A stretch of 62,846 nucleotides of DNA, the filler included, from an uncultured bacterium (lineage in GTDB: Bacteria > AUK180), in NCBI GenBank assembly GCA_937863565.1. It is 8 parts of 7 records of this genome, joined end to end, with 100 filler letters (N's around TTAATTAATTAA, not from the genome) between each part and the next. Parts side by side here need not be neighbours in the genome. Positions count along the whole stretch, not along the records: positions 59,695 to 62,846 come from CALMGJ010000022.1; 7 more parts are not named here. One strand, given 5' to 3'. The position numbers and the translations under genes are program-made. Positions within the stretch are counted from its first letter, which is position 1. Each line of letters opens with the position of its first letter. Below, piece by piece: positions 61,910 through 62,846 of the stretch. Under the pieces are notes generated by a model. That model had not been told where the DNA came from. It worked only from the letters and a program-made list of their open reading frames with translations, and searched no databases.

Positions 61910-62526
61910 TTGCACTTCCCTTTTGTACTATTCCCAATACCTTGAACATCAGTTTGGATAATTTGATTTGTATATTCTCCCCCGACACCAATACCTGAAC
62001 CACTTATATTGATACTAAGACCAGTATCGCTGATATTGACTCCGCCTCCTCTTATTAATCCACTCCCTAATTGTAGATTCATATCTAAGCTTGTCCCCGC
62101 TAATTCATTAACTGAATTAGCTGACGGATTGAAATTAAGAGTGGAGCCGGCAGTTACAGTTGCACCGAGTGCTACGCCTCCACTATTTGATACAGTGACT
62201 CCTACTGTGAACCCACATTCTTTTGAAAATCCGAAGGCAATTCCCACTTCCTGAGAAGCCCCGCCAATGAATCCGAAATCGAATCTAAATCCAATTTTAA
62301 TTGTAAACAATCCCCATTGATCCTTATATATGACCGGATCGTCATCGGCATAGAAATACCTGTTCAACGCATTCACATTATCTTTGCTTATAAAGCGTCC
62401 CACAGAAGGATCCATAACCCTGTATCGGTAGTAGTAATCCCTTGTTTCTATGTTATACTCTCTGCCGGTGTAAAGATAGCGGATCGATGGTTCGGAATCA
62501 AGGCCTTTATATGGCGTGAGTTTCAT
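61906..62526 (-). CDS. RHS orphan module: RHS-associated core plus glycine-rich beta-type tip
   Basis: YLYTGREYNIETRDYYYRYRVMDPSVGRFISKD...DPVIYKDQWGL. Confidence 0.85.
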   Translation of the reverse strand: MKLTPYKGLDSEPSIRYLYTGREYNIETRDYYYRYRVMDPSVGRFISKDNVNALNRYFYADDDPVIYKDQWGLFTIKIGFRFDFGFIGGASQEVGIAFGFSKECGFTVGVTVSNSGGVALGATVTAGSTLNFNPSANSVNELAGTSLDMNLQLGSGLIRGGGVNISDTGLSINISGSGIGVGGEYTNQIIQTDVQGIGNSTKGKCK

Positions 62527-62589
62527 TATTTCCTAACTCGCAGGTAAGCCACTTGCCAACCCGTTAACCCGCAATAAAATAACTGAGCA

Positions 62590-62680
62590 TATATATATAC
62601 GCTTGAACCGTTGCCCCGGCCTTCATACCTTGAATACAAAAGCACCTCCTCCGAGGATATTTTATTATATCCGAAGTATT
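62590..62680 (-). pseudogene. Remnant of the RHS handle, separated from its core by a repeat element
   Basis: EEVLLYSRYEGRGNGSSVY matches EEVLMYSRYEGRGNGSSVY in 60163..61524. Confidence 0.75.
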
Positions 62681-62846
62681 TACTTCCCTTTTTCTTTTTC
62701 AATTCTCTGCCTAATGAGGTTTTCATAATACCCGAATGTTTTATTGTCTGGGTATCTGTCCTTGTTCTCAAATATCATTTTCATTGCTTCATCATATTTT
62801 TCTTCAAATATCTTATTGCGGATCTTCCGGATAATTACAGGTTGAT

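Overview
This window is not one locus. It is eight assembly contigs joined by artificial 100-nt linkers (N44-TTAATTAATTAA-N44), so gene order across linkers is meaningless. The genes fit an anaerobic diderm bacterium using the standard bacterial code: an Rnf complex, type IV pilus genes, and PorV-like and FlgD/T9SS-type C-terminal domains. Housekeeping content: rpe, priA, queA, rnfCDGEAB, pilQ/pilC, a sarcosine-oxidase/proline-dehydrogenase-like operon and a ComEA/ComEC-like cluster with a degenerate UvrD. Accessory content: a >3500-aa surface protein, RHS toxin/immunity cassettes, and a defence-like island (19.1-30.6 kb) with an AAA/DUF4143 ATPase, ArsR, a poly-G-frameshifted restriction-modification gene, HEPN-motif proteins, two four-helix-bundle genes and an MNT-HEPN pair. 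The most striking unexplained structure is at 27.7-29.3 kb. Each four-helix-bundle (Avd/23S-IVP-like) gene is bracketed on both sides by its own 7-bp tandem repeat family, followed by gene-less tracts of other heptamer families. The same composite repeats and a small covarying-hairpin element recur at several contig ends and beside toxin genes. All protein family calls are from recognisable motifs, not database searches.
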